Below are positions 27,501 to 39,801 of a stretch of 64,000 nt of DNA, in pieces. A program made the position numbers and the translations under genes. Origin of the DNA: Eledone cirrhosa (lineage: Eukaryota); assembly GCA_964016885.1 (NCBI GenBank), contig OZ024742.1, forward strand, positions 193,316,001 to 193,380,000, in the 5' to 3' direction. The first letter of the stretch is position 1, and every line of letters starts with the position of its first letter. The notes beneath the pieces were generated by a model. The model was not told the DNA's origin. It ran no database searches and worked only from the letters and a program-made list of their open reading frames with translations.

Positions 27501-28044
27501 CCAGGAAGGAAGAAAAACGGGCCGAACAGCGCCATCGGAACGCCGAACTTCAGAGGCGAAGACGTTCCGCCATGAATGAAGAGGAGCTGGCTGAACAACG
27601 CAAACGAAACACTGGAGCCAAGCAGCGACAGCGTGCTGCGATGGTTGAACACGAACTGGCTGAGCATCATCTTTTATTTTAATTATCTATATCTATATCT
27701 ACATATAATATAAAAGATTGGAACGTCCATCATCATTTTGAGAAACGTTGAACAACCACGTCTATGCAATGATACAGGTTTTACAGTCAGGCAGAAGATG
27801 AACTATCTCCTAGAGGTCACTATTCTAGGTGAAAGCACCTAGAATTGTTCATATACTATGCACAGACGGTACAGCGAAGAATCTGGTATATCTGGAAGAT
27901 TTTGTTTACTGTTTTCTGTATCACACAGACACCACGGACACGCCTCATACTGTAACCAGACAAACATCCAATACAGTCATTTTCTCTTTTACCTGTCTTC
28001 TCTTCTCATCTGTTTACCCGGGCGAAACTGGGCACGTCAACTAG
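24553..28044 (+). mobile_element. Non-autonomous Helitron, tandem unit B, interrupted by an RTE LINE
   Basis: Repeats unit A; retains the E/R-rich RepHel N-terminal-like ORF 27425-27682; ends CCCGGGCGAAACTGGG..CTAG|T. Confidence 0.8.
24814..27191 (+). mobile_element. RTE LINE (degenerate RT) with 5' inversion and 11-bp TSD
   Basis: NKAPGEDGVPAEVYK, KKGDRKLCSN*RGISLIDIAAK, LAYADD, FVYLGS, RRLRWFGH; (CAAGTA)n tail; TSD AGTGTGTGCGT at 24803-24813 and 27192-27202. Confidence 0.92.
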
Positions 28045-28062
28045 TATATATATATATATTGA

Positions 28063-28535
28063 TATACTTGGGGAGGGTCATATTGTTGTATTAATATTAC
28101 CAGAAATAATAACAGAACACACTCATTGTTTGATTGGTTTTCGCTTGTGTATCTTTTATATTCCACAGTTAATTCATTTGGTCCTCAATGTTTATCATTG
28201 ACTTACCAACGGTCAAAAATACTATAGATATATACAAATATGTATATAGTCTAATAAAGTTCATTCGTTGCACATCTGCAACATCATCAGTGGTACTATT
28301 ATCTTCCTCCTGTTGTATTGTATGTCTACGGCATCTTTATTTCATCTGTTTATTTACTTATTTATTTTTGTCTTCTCCTCTGCGCATGCGTTTGCGTGTG
28401 TGTATAGTGTTTGGTGCGTGTTCGGGTTTGTGTGACTGTCTTTTGGCTATTGTATTCTATCTTCGTTTGGCTATTGTATTCTATGTTCGTTTACAAGTGT
28501 GCGTTTATATGCGTTTGTTTTTATTGTGATCGTTA

Positions 28536-28571
<36 letters not shown>

Positions 28572-28911
28572 GTAAGTATGTATGTATACGTACATACATA
28601 TATGTATACAGACGTACAGCAGCATGTATATATATACATACAGGCACACATATATATATGCACGTATCAGTTACATACGTGCATATATATATGTGTGCCT
28701 GTATGTATATATATACATGCTGCTGTACGTCTGTATACATATATGTATGTACGTATACATACATACTTACATTTAAGTAAGTGCCGTACTAAGAGTGAGA
28801 AATGAAATTTTGTTTCATTCTATTCCATTTATATATATATACATATACATATATATATATTTATCTCTATATATATATATACATATACATATATATATAT
28901 TTATCTATACA

Positions 28912-28942
<31 letters not shown>

Positions 28943-30643
28943 TTATCTATATATATATATATATATACACACATATATATATATATATATTTATCTTAAA
29001 TCACTATTGTTTGTTTGGGTGTTGTTGTTAATCCATTAATTTTTTCTGTTTAGCTCTGGCCTTCTAAGTTCGATTCCACTGGCCTCGCTGATTTGCCTAT
29101 CTGCTGGGTCATTTCTATGTTTAGATATTATTTTTATTTCTATGTTGTCTATGTTACCGTCATGCTGTTGTCTCGCGTGTTCGTATAGTACTGAACCGTT
29201 TTTTCCTCCTTTTAATTCCCCCCAGTGTTGGTCTATCCTTTCTCCTATGCTTCGAGCTGTCTCGCCTATGTATGTTGTTGTCATCTTTCTGCAAGCAACC
29301 TCTGTACATCTTATATAGTACGTTTGTAGTCTTACATTTTATCTGGGGGTTTACTTTACGTATAACACATTTCCTATTAGTACAGTGGTTTTCTTGAAGG
29401 GTATGTTTTGCTGATCAGGGATTTTATGGTAGTTCCTGGCTGTTCTACCACTTTAATCTTTAAATGGGTCTTTCTCAGCGCCTTTCTACATTGGTTAGCT
29501 AATTTCCCTCCAAGGGTAGCGTCCACAAACATGACACTCTGGTATCTCTGGTTGTCGTACCATGAGGTGGCTTTCCCTATCTCATGTTTAGTCATATCTA
29601 AGCTTTTCCATAATTTTCTCCTGTATAATGGGCAAATTCCTTTCATGTCTAGTTCTATGAGGGTCTTATACTTCTCCGTCGCTCCTTCCTATACTCTGAT
29701 TCTGTTTCTTTGGTTGCAGCCAGAGAACTGCATGCGGTTGATGAAGTGTTGGATGTGTCTTTCCATTTCTGTTGGGTCTCACATGCGGGACACGTTCTTC
29801 ATCACTCATACCAAGTCTGCGGTCAGAATATTAAACTTAGCACTACTGGACATTGATGAGTTTTTGAGTATCGGGTATTTGGAGGCCATGGGTTTAGCGT
29901 AGTGTGAGTGGAGAATTTGGACCCTCGCGTCTATAGTGTTGATCCAAATTCCGTGTCTAATACATGAACTCTACTGTTAGGGTGTTTGGAAGGGTAGTCA
30001 ATAGTTACAGTTATAATCTGGTGTATGGAGTTAGCTATCTGCTGGATGCTTTCCATTGTGCTACATTCAAAATCATATTTGTTAGTACCCTCTTATGGGA
30101 GTTTCCTTATTACTATATTAATAACGTCTACGTAACGAGAGTACATGATGAGGTCTATGGAGCTCTCATCAAGTAAATCTTGGAGTCTCATTTCCCACCA
30201 TACCATAAAATGGTTGGCAACGTCACCAGCTATGCTGACGCCAATGGCTGGTCCCTCATTTTGGGTGTAGATCGTTTCGTTGAATTTGAATATGTGGCGC
30301 TAAGGTTAGTTTTAATACTAGCCCCTATTGCATGCGCAACTATTTTTCTTACCTTATCATTGTTTTGGGGTGTTAATATGACTTTGGTCTTATGGATCTA
30401 GGGGGGGGGGGGCAGAATCGGCCAAGTACTCGGCGTCTGTATATTTGACCGTTGGTCAGTTAAAGATAAACATTGAGGACCAAATGAATTAACTGTGGAC
30501 ATATAAAAGATACGGAAGCGAAAACCAACCAAACAGTGAGTGTGTTCTGTTATTATTTCTGGCAATAATGTTACAACAATATGACCCTCCCCAAGTATAA
30601 CGTGTTTCGACTCACGATGTCATGTCTAAAAACCTCGCCAAAA
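28063..30643 (-). mobile_element. Penelope-like element, 5'-truncated, with inverted terminal pseudo-LTR piece
   Basis: RT thumb remnant (KPMASKYPILKNSSMSSSAKFNILTADLV) and GIY-YIG (YIGETARSIGERIDQH, 29036-29284); 28063-28222 inverted at 30439-30599; degenerate hammerhead ~28247-28298 (CTGATGA-T-GTTGCA-GATG-TGCAAC-GAAT). Confidence 0.88.
28567..28775. repeat. Near-perfect ~100-bp-arm palindrome
   Basis: Arms are complementary around CAGTTAC at ~28668-28674. Confidence 0.9.
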
Positions 30644-30644
30644 C

Positions 30645-30765
<121 letters not shown>

Positions 30766-30770
30766 CATAT

Positions 30771-31380
30771 ATGGTGGCTGCCAACTCGTTTTCGAGTACG
30801 GCCACTACTTTATATCCATGTAGGAGGACCCCTATCGATGCGCTGAACGAGTGTGACATTTTAGTCCAGCCAGCGACTTGAAAACTCTGGTACAAACACT
30901 ACACTTGTGACAATTATTGACACTTAGTGCTGGGCCCATGGTACCATGTGACGACAAGTGCAGAGAGATCTCCAGATATAAAGCAATGACTGTGCCGTGA
31001 AGCTTTTATAGTGAGCAAAGGCACTGCACAAAGCCAGTCCCACTCTCTTGACCAAGATGATATTTACCAAAAAGAAGAACAAGTCAACATCATTGGATAC
31101 CATCAGGGTTGCAGGTGTTATATCAGAGTTTTCCTTCTCCTAGATTTCTGCCTTGACAAAGGCTAAGGGGTCATCTCTCCCAGTGATTTTGGATGGCCAT
31201 TGACTCTCAAGAGCTCATTTGTCCTTTGACAGGTTTTGTTTTTAGTCCTGCAGGATGTCCAAAGTCACCCTCCTCACCAAGAAACCTTGGTGGGGTTGCC
31301 AGTTTAGTCGCCAACGACCCGACCATGAGACAGGTTGTACTGGGATACATGTTACCAGTAGCACCAACTGATGACCTGAC
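30771..31380 (-). mobile_element. ~610-bp non-autonomous RTE-related element
   Basis: Repeated at 31616-32225 and 17274-17874; RTE 5'UTR-like motif; no coherent ORF; flanked by (TA)n. Confidence 0.8.
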
Positions 31381-31422
31381 ATATATATATATATACATAC
31401 ATACTACTGATGACCATACATA

Positions 31423-31460
<38 letters not shown>

Positions 31461-31547
31461 CATACATATATATATACATATATATACATGTATATATATA
31501 TATATACATACATACCAACTGATGACCATACATATATATATATATAT

Positions 31548-31615
<68 letters not shown>

Positions 31616-31619
<4 letters not shown>

Positions 31620-32225
31620 TGGCTGCCAACTCGTTTTCGAGTAAGGCCACTACTTTATATCCATGTAGGAGAACCCCTACCAATGCGCTGAACGAGTGTG
31701 ACTTTTTAGTCCAACCAGCGACTTAAACACTCTTGTACAAACACTACACTTGTGACAATTATTGACACATAGTGCTGGGCCCATGGTACCATGTGACGAC
31801 AAGTGCAGAGAGATCTCCAGATATAAAGCAATGCCTGTGCTGTGAAGCTTTTATAGTGAGCAAAGGCACTGCACAAAGCCAGTCCCACTCTCTTAACCAA
31901 GATGATATTTACCAAAAAGAAGAACAATTCAACATCATTGGATACCATCAGGGTTGCAGGTGTTATATCAGAGTTTTCCTTCTCCTAGAATTCTGCCTTG
32001 ACAAAGGCTAAGGGGTCATCTCTCCCGGTGATTGTGGGTGGCTATTGACTCTTATGAGCCCCTTTGCCTTTTGACAGGTTTTGTTTTTAGTCCTGCAGGA
32101 TGTCCAAAGCCACCCTCCTCACCAAGAAACCTTGGTGGGATTGCCAGTTTAGTCGCCAACGACCCGACCATGACACAGGTTGTACTGGGATACATGTTAC
32201 CAATAGCACCAACTGCTGACCTGAC
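31616..32225 (-). mobile_element. ~610-bp non-autonomous RTE-related element, second adjacent copy
   Basis: Colinear with 30771-31380, with scattered substitutions. Confidence 0.8.
32144..32201 (-). ncRNA. Candidate HDV-like ribozyme (also 31299-31356)
   Basis: Minus: AACATG-TATC-CCAGT-ACA-ACCTG-TGT-CATGGTC-GG-GTCGTTGGCGA-CTAA-ACTGG gives P1/P2/P3/L3/P3'/P1'/P1.1/P4/J4-2/P2' order; P1 imperfect, L3 short. Confidence 0.45.
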
Positions 32226-32245
32226 ACATATATATATATATACAT

Positions 32246-32305
<60 letters not shown>

Positions 32306-33096
32306 TTTCTTTCTCCCTCCCACATACACCACGAATTAGGAGAGAAAAAATTGCTCATTTACATATTTTCCAAAAATTCCTGATTGAAAGGCACTACTGA
32401 TACTCTGGTCTGTTTTTTCTAAATTTGTCACCACAAAGGGACCTGTGAAAGACAGGCTTACCCCCTCTCCCCTCGACACACACATGTGTGTATTTTTATA
32501 TATACACCCTCACATTATACACACACTCCCTTAAACTATATTCCAATAATAGAATTTCTTTTACAATCCAATTGTTGCCATAGAATTTGTCTGTAGCTTA
32601 CAAATCCCCATCCCCCTCGCCACCTCCATTTGAACTCTTGACCAGTCAATTAACACAATCAGATATACACACACATATTTACAGAATATTTCCTTCCGCC
32701 CCCCCCCCCCCCCCACACAAAAAAAAATTTGTTCTGTGAATAAACACAACTATCAACACTGCTTCTCCTCTCTCTCTATACAGAATAATTCATAATCCAG
32801 TCTCCTTCTCAGCAAGAAATATGGGAAAAAACTTACTCCAACATTTAATTTTAAATCTTTAATTTTTAGTTTTCAATCCTTATTCAATTTTTTTTAAATT
32901 GTAATACTCAACATTTGATCAGATGGATTTTAATAATACATCGAAACCGGTAATACTTTATATACTTTATATACATTATAAAACTAATTTCAAAGAAAGG
33001 AATACGAAGGAAAACAGAACCTAAAATATATTTTCCGCGCTATTTCCACTTCACCTTTTCTCTATATCCGCTGTTTTGTATATAATCTTACTATCC

Positions 33097-33137
<41 letters not shown>

Positions 33138-33596
33138 ATGAGAAGAAAGAAGAATACTGTGTGGTTGCACATGTGTTACATATCATAACATTAGTCCCTC
33201 GTCAGTGATTTGCCAACCATCATTGATATTTCATCGCATTAAAAATCATATACCTCAGGCTGGTGCGAGCAATAAATAAAAAAAGCTATTGGGACAAGTA
33301 AATCGCGTAAAGCGAATGATACAAGTAAACAACATAGAAGGATAAAAGCAAACCGAAGATAGGGAAATAAACAAGCAACATGGTTATCCGGTCAGCATAA
33401 TCTGGGTGGATTTCATGAGCGATCAAGATACAGACCGTCCGACGTGAGTGAGATGTGAGAAAGAAAAGACCCCACGACTAGCCAAACGAGAGGAATGAGA
33501 AGGGGAGAAACAGAGAGTGGGTGAGTGGAAGTGCGAGGAAGAGGTCAGTCGATTTATATATATATTTCCTTCGTATTCCATATATATATATATATA

Positions 33597-33644
<48 letters not shown>

Positions 33645-35291
33645 TACGTGTGTATATATGCACGCGCGTGCGTGTATGTGTATGTGTGGTTATATTACAT
33701 TTTACTGGCATCAGTTATTTGATTGTGGCCGTGCAGGGTTACAACCTTACTTCAGTTGATCAAATCGATAATAGTAGTTACTTTTCCAAGTCCGCTACAA
33801 TTGTTATCGATCTCTTTTAACCACGTCGCAGTATTACGCGAAAGAAACACAATCTCTGACATATGGGTAAACATAACTTCGCCATTCAAATACACTAATT
33901 ACACGTCTACCACACAAATTACACGTCTACCAAATTTCAGACAAAACCATTGATCACATCACGGCTAAATATAATATATATCAGAGTTACAGCGTTCCAA
34001 ATTTCGTTTTATATTGGATTTTCAGATCGTACTTGGGATAACGTATATATTGTAAACTGTAATGTATTGAGAAATTAATTTTTAATAGATATTTATAAAA
34101 TACAGATTTGATAAAACATATAATAATGTATTGATATCCACTCGCTACTGAGGTTTGAAGTTCCGAAGAGATCTTCAATTAATTGGGTTCTATATTGTTG
34201 ATGGTATAATGACTATTTTGTTTAATTAAATAAAATGCATTTTACCATTTTTTCAAATTTACGATATTGCTGCTATATTAAGGAATTGCGTGCAACATGT
34301 CAATTATAATTCGATTTTCTATACTTAAAATTACTATTTTAAATTACATTAATCAACCGAGATTTTCTTGTTCATACCAATACATTGTTAAAATGTCACT
34401 ACTACGTCCTACGTCTTTCGATGAATTTTTATGGCGACAATTATTACAAAATGCTGAACTAAACAATTTTAATGTATCTATACCATATTACTATGTGTAT
34501 TTCTGTTGAAAACGATAACTTTATGCATTTCCAATAATGAAACGCAAACATATAATAATTGGGACTATCAAAACTTACAAAGCTAACGAAATTAATAGTG
34601 TATTGAATAGAAGCATCATAAACGAGGCGATGTCAGTGGGAGTTCGGCACTTTTGTGTTCGGACACATTGTACCTGTCATGTGTATCATGTGATAATTTC
34701 ATGTACGATACAGTGTATATACACAACACAATGTACCATACAGCATCATAAAATAAGTTACATTCTATTCAAGGATAAGAATATTAATAGAGCTTTTACA
34801 ATAGCAGCGTTAGTAGAGTTGAAATGTTTCATTTTCTGAAAAGTTGAAATGTTCGTATTACAAATCCTTAAAATTAAAAATATAATACAAACTACAAACA
34901 TAATATGCTTATACATGTATATTCATGACAATATTATTTGGCGCTGTCTGCAACGTTTCGCTTTTCTTTATTCTTCCACGCTGTATTTCATCCCGGTCTC
35001 TAGGACACACAACCACACCTACTGACGTAACAGAGTGGATTGAATGAGGAAAGAAATGTATTTTTGTTAACCCTATGTTAAATGTACAGCTTCAAAGTAC
35101 GTCTTTGCCTATGAATGACGGAAAACAATTCGGCGGCTTCTCTTTCTTTAATTGTAATATAGTCACAGCGAATACGACATCTGTGAGTTTGCAACCCGCG
35201 GGCGGCACTGTCCAATGTTCTACATCTCCAGAAACGTATATGACAAGCTTTTTAAATTATTTGTGCTCGTCAAAATCGATCTTAACATCAA

Positions 35292-35339
<48 letters not shown>

Positions 35340-35527
35340 GTAGATAAATCTACCAAGAGTTTACGGTAGTGTCCAATCCGTATGAAGAACTCAATGTATT
35401 CCGGATATCATGGAAAGAAGAGATGTAATGAAAAATCACTTTCGGTGAAAGATAAACGGTATACAGAGTCAAGATAAAATATTAAACAAATAATGAATAA
35501 ACAATTCCTTATATTAAACAAAAAAAG

Positions 35528-35681
35528 TTCATTATTTAACGATCGTTTCTAGGATATATATGTGTTAGAATTGGTATGCATATTCAACAGATCTATGTAC
35601 AAAATTATATAAAATTATACAAATTATCAAGATTAAATATACATACCAACACATATATACGCCGTCTTCAGAAATAATGAA
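35528..35681 (-). ncRNA. Type I hammerhead with 115-nt stem II (3' pseudo-LTR)
   Basis: Reverse complement of 49986-50139. Confidence 0.7.
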
Positions 35682-36566
35682 GTATATTTATTGATAATAA
35701 CAACAATTCAAAATTTCAGGTCCGTTTGGGAACAAAATTGACCAATGAAAACACAAAGGGTTAAATGCAGTTCGGTGTGTGTATATACATGTAAAACCCT
35801 TACACATATTTTACAAAAATGTATGTATAATTTGTATACGCATACTAAAAGGATGGATGCAAATTCAAAATTTCAAGGTTAATGTCTCTGTAAGTTTATA
35901 ATGCACAGATAAGATGCGTATTGACACTTATGAAATTAAGTATATAAATATATTTTTTCATACTCACACATATCCGTACAATCACACATACACGCGCGTA
36001 TATGCATAAATATACACATAACCACGAACATACAAACACACACACACCCCCACTCACATTTATATATGTGGATATAAAATCATAAGCACATGGATATTAA
36101 TTCACTCACATAAAACACTGGCACACACATTTTTAGATCAAGATACAGAAATTAGGTGGGAGGGGGGGGGGAGAGGTCAGTATTCAACGGTCTGAGCAGA
36201 CTGCCTAATATAGATGTATCTATAAACTAAGAAAATAAAAAATAATAAATAAACATTAAAGAGGAAAGAATAGAAAGAAAACAGAAAAAAGAAAAAAGAA
36301 AAAAGAAATATATCAAGAAAATAAATATATATATATACATATATACACATACATATATATATATATATATATACACACACATATATATATATAATATACA
36401 TATATATACACATAGACACACACACACACATATATAAATATACACACATATACAAACACATACATACATATACACACATCCACACTAAGAACATACATAC
36501 ACACATATATATAAACATATACATATACACACATACATACATATACACATATACATACAAATACAC

Positions 36567-36623
<57 letters not shown>

Positions 36624-37170
36624 TATGTATATACACGTACATATATACACACATATACATATAATCACACATACTATATAGACACAGATATATATAACCA
36701 CACACATACATGCACATATACAACACTTACATACTAATATACATACAGATATACACATACATAGCTATATATACACACAAATATATACAGACTTACATAT
36801 ATACATACAGACAAATACTTACGCATCTATATATCGGTATATACATACAAACACCACTACACTATCACACAACTTAGAAATACAAAGAGAAAGGTATATA
36901 CCTATACACACATACATATACAAATAGAAAAACATATAGATATATATATATATATATACACACACATATACATATACATATATATATATAACATATATAT
37001 ATATATATATATATACACATACATATACACATACACACACATACACATATACACACATACATACATGTACACACACATAGAAATATTTACGCATACACAC
37101 ATACACACATACATATAAAGTCATATACACACATACACCTACACGAACATACACATACACATATATAAAG

Positions 37171-37201
<31 letters not shown>

Positions 37202-37269
37202 ACACATACACACATACACATATATATAAAAAATAAATAATAAAGATATATACATATATATATATATAT

Positions 37270-37312
<43 letters not shown>

Positions 37313-37665
37313 CACATAAATATACATACACATACATACACACATACATAGACATACTTGTACATACATATACGTACATCGATATACATACATATATATA
37401 TACACACATAGACATATACATACATACACACACAACTTACATACACACATATATATACATGTATATTCATACATAGAATTAGATATATAATCATACATAC
37501 ATATGCACTTACTTATACTCATATATACAAATACATACGCATCCATATATGCGTATATACATAAAAACACCACTACAACCTCACCTAACTCAGACATACA
37601 AATAAAAATAATAATAAAAAGGCATACGTATATACATATATACACGCATTAATAGAGATATATAT

Positions 37666-37706
<41 letters not shown>

Positions 37707-37973
37707 TACATATATATATATATACACACATACATTCATACATATATATATATAGATACCCACACACTCATACCACCATAAATACACATACAAACACCCA
37801 CATATACATATATATACACACGCATATATATATATATATATATACACACACATAAAAAACAGACATGCACATATATATATATATTTTTTTACACTTATAT
37901 ATACACATATTATATACACATACACAACCTCACATATACACACATACACATAAGTTATATTATAATAATAAAA

Positions 37974-38038
<65 letters not shown>

Positions 38039-38102
38039 CATATAAACATATACATACATATATACACACATACGAATATAGACATATATTCACACATAGA
38101 CA

Positions 38103-38154
<52 letters not shown>

Positions 38155-38373
38155 TACATATACACAGACACATATACACACTCACATATATATGTGTGTG
38201 TGCACACACACATATATACACACATACACATATATACACATAAACACATATATGTGCATACATGCACACACACACACATATATCACATAGATACGAAGAT
38301 AGACATATAAATAGAGAGACATACATATATATATACAACACACATACACACACATACATACACACACATATAC

Positions 38374-38404
<31 letters not shown>

Positions 38405-39801
38405 TTCCTATATATACATATATACACATATATACATACATATATATATACATACACATATACATACACACATTCACATACACATACATATATACATGCA
38501 TATATACACATATATACATACATACACACACTCATATATACACACACAATCTTACATTCATATTTGCATGCGCATATATGTATTTTTATATTTAGATATA
38601 AATACCCAAACCTATATAGACACCTACCTACATATATATTCATACATACACGCTTACAAATACAGATGATAATAGTATGGGGGAAAGGGGGGGTTTGGAG
38701 AAGGGGATCATAGTAAATATATGTTTCAAGAAACATAGAATATTTTCCGTATCTTTATCCAATGTATGTTTTTACATAGTTTCAGTGTTAGGAAATACAA
38801 CAAACAAGAAAAGGCAAAATCTATGCATCTCAAAATAAACAAGTATACCATTAACTATATGTTAACTAAACCAAAGATAGTTAACATATTGATTTCTAAG
38901 GTGTAAATTAGTTAGGTTTATAATATTTGAAGCAGAATTTTGAAGTTAAATAGTAGTAGAGTATTAATTATAGTATAACTAAATTAAAGTTAATAACGTT
39001 ATGGTATCAATATTAGGAAATGAATTTAGTAATAGGGAAAAAACAAATAAAATAAAGTATTACATCGGTAGTAGAATATAAATTATAGGTTAACTAAATT
39101 AAAAATTATATATTTATTTCTATAGTATATGTTAATTAGGTATATAATACATAAAGCAGATATTGTATTTTATCAATAGCATAATATAATTATATGCAAA
39201 TAGAAATCAAAACTAATACATATACATATACATATACATACACATACATATATACATATATATACACATATATATATATATACATATATACACATATACG
39301 TACACACACACATACACATACACATATACATATACATATCTTTTTCAAAAAAATTGCATAGAATATATTAACTAGGTATATATCCAAAACACATCCCATT
39401 CTATGATTACATGACATTCTGCAATTCGTCTGTATAAGGATACTAATTTTAAGCAAATTAAAATTAAATTTTTAGGTTGATCAAAATTAAAACCAAATTA
39501 TAAATATATTTCTAAAATGTATATTAATTAGGTCTATAATACTAAAAATTATTTCTCTGTCATTGGATACACGATATTATTTTGTTATATTTTATCTGTA
39601 AAAGAATTATAATAAAAGGTTTAAATAAATTAAAATTAATCTATAAATTAAATTACTAAGTATATATTAGTAATATTTAAAGGTTTTTCACAATTTATGA
39701 TTACATAATATTTTATATTCTCATCTGTAATAAAATTTTAATTAAATTAAATTTATAGGTTAACTAACATTTAAATTAAATTAATTTCTAAAATAATGTT
39801 A

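Noticed and set aside
31368-31530. Repeated CTGATGACC
   Set aside because: Slippage copies of the element terminus within TA repeats; no GAAA half, so neither a ribozyme nor a CRISPR-like array.
32914-33220. Possible hammerhead relics (GAAACCGGTA at 32943; minus CTGACGA at 33205-33211; also ~7480-7521)
   Set aside because: Only half of the core survives in each; too degenerate to call.
34930-35230. CpG-containing stretch with TGACGTAA (possible promoter)
   Set aside because: A single short motif with no linked gene.
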